DNA of 6,844 nucleotides from a virus (Duplodnaviria; Heunggongvirae; Uroviricota; Caudoviricetes): IMG/VR virus record IMGVR_UViG_2687453529_000005; one strand, 5' to 3'. Shown piece by piece: positions 6,249 to 6,844 of this stretch (position 1 is its first letter; each line of letters starts with the position of its first letter). The notes under the pieces were generated by a model. It saw only the letters and a program-made list of their open reading frames with translations, ran no database searches and was not told where the DNA came from. The position numbers and the translations under genes were made by a program.

Positions 6249-6844
6249 ACCAACCGTGGCCACAACGAATGCAGGAGACGCTCCAGCAAATTTTGCCGCA
6301 TCGTGGTGCGTTATTAACTAATTTTTATCAGGCTCATGATTATTTACTGCATGGCGATGATAAATCATTGAATCGTGCCAGTGAATTATTAGGTGAGATT
6401 GTTCAATCATCCCCAGAATTTACCTACGCGAGAGCAGAAAAAGCATTAGTTGATATCGTGCGCCATTCTCAACATCCTTTAGATGAAAAACAATTAGCAG
6501 CACTGAATACAGAAATAGATAACATTGTTACACTGCCGGAATTGAATAACCTGTCCATTATATATCAAATAAAAGCGGTCAGTGCTCTGGTAAAAGGTAA
6601 AACAGATGAGTCTTACCAGGCGATAAATACTGGCATTGATCTTGAAATGTCCTGGCTAAATTATGTGTTGCTTGGCAAGGTTTATGAAATGAAGGGGATG
6701 AACCGGGAAGCAGCTGATGCATATCTCACCGCCTTTAATTTACGCCCAGGGGCAAACACCCTTTACTGGATTGAAAATGGTATATTCCAGACTTCTGTTC
6801 CTTATGTTGTACCTTATCTCGACAAATTTCTCGCTTCAGAATAA
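6215..6844 (+). pseudogene. cadC: 3' fragment of cadC (C-terminal periplasmic sensor domain of the ToxR-like regulator CadC); 5' part missing
   Basis: Frame is open from 6215 (TGA at 6212-6214) and encodes NDLLESLSKALNQPWPQRMQETLQQILPHRGALL...VPYVVPYLDKFLASE, which I recognise from memory as the C-terminal ~210 residues of E. coli CadC. No upstream coding sequence for the DNA-binding or transmembrane domains. Composition is distinctly AT-richer than the phage block. Not verified by database search. Confidence 0.55.

Noticed and set aside
5847-6263. 138-aa minus-strand ORF opposite the tape measure fragment
   Set aside because: Antisense to an Ala-rich gene, where long spurious antisense ORFs are common; it spans the deletion junction, which argues against a conserved gene.
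6190-6270. IS element or Mu-type transposon end at the phage/cadC junction
   Set aside because: No terminal inverted repeats, transposase coding sequence or Mu-end-like TG...CA termini are visible. The junction looks like a simple deletion, and a tape measure gene is not where a transposable-phage end would lie.
1-6844. CRISPR arrays, tRNA or rRNA genes
   Set aside because: No regularly spaced direct repeats and no cloverleaf-like or rRNA-like segments were seen; the window is protein-coding apart from short intergenic regions.

Overview
The window is almost entirely a prophage-derived block with Mu/P2-type myovirus tail genes, fused at its right end to a 3' fragment of what I recall as cadC. 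All calls rest on reading the sequence and on recalled family motifs; no database search was run. Left to right: a leftward Mor/C-family activator gene (55-402); a 537-bp AT-rich divergent region holding a near-consensus LexA box (624-643); a GC-rich lysis cassette of small membrane protein, SLT-domain lytic transglycosylase and a membrane-anchored coiled-coil protein (940-2164); a strong intrinsic terminator (2164-2202); then tail genes for a putative tail completion protein, a small acidic protein, sheath, tube, an E-like assembly chaperone with an open +1-frame extension, and a tape measure gene that stops after about 264 codons. No terminase, portal, protease or capsid genes lie between the lysis and tail modules. 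At about 6205-6215 the phage sequence gives way to AT-richer sequence encoding the C-terminal ~210 residues of a CadC-like regulator, which ends at the window edge. The main points of interest are the head-less, possibly SOS-controlled lysis-plus-tail architecture (tailocin-like or a decayed prophage) and the deletion junction that inactivates both the tape measure gene and cadC.
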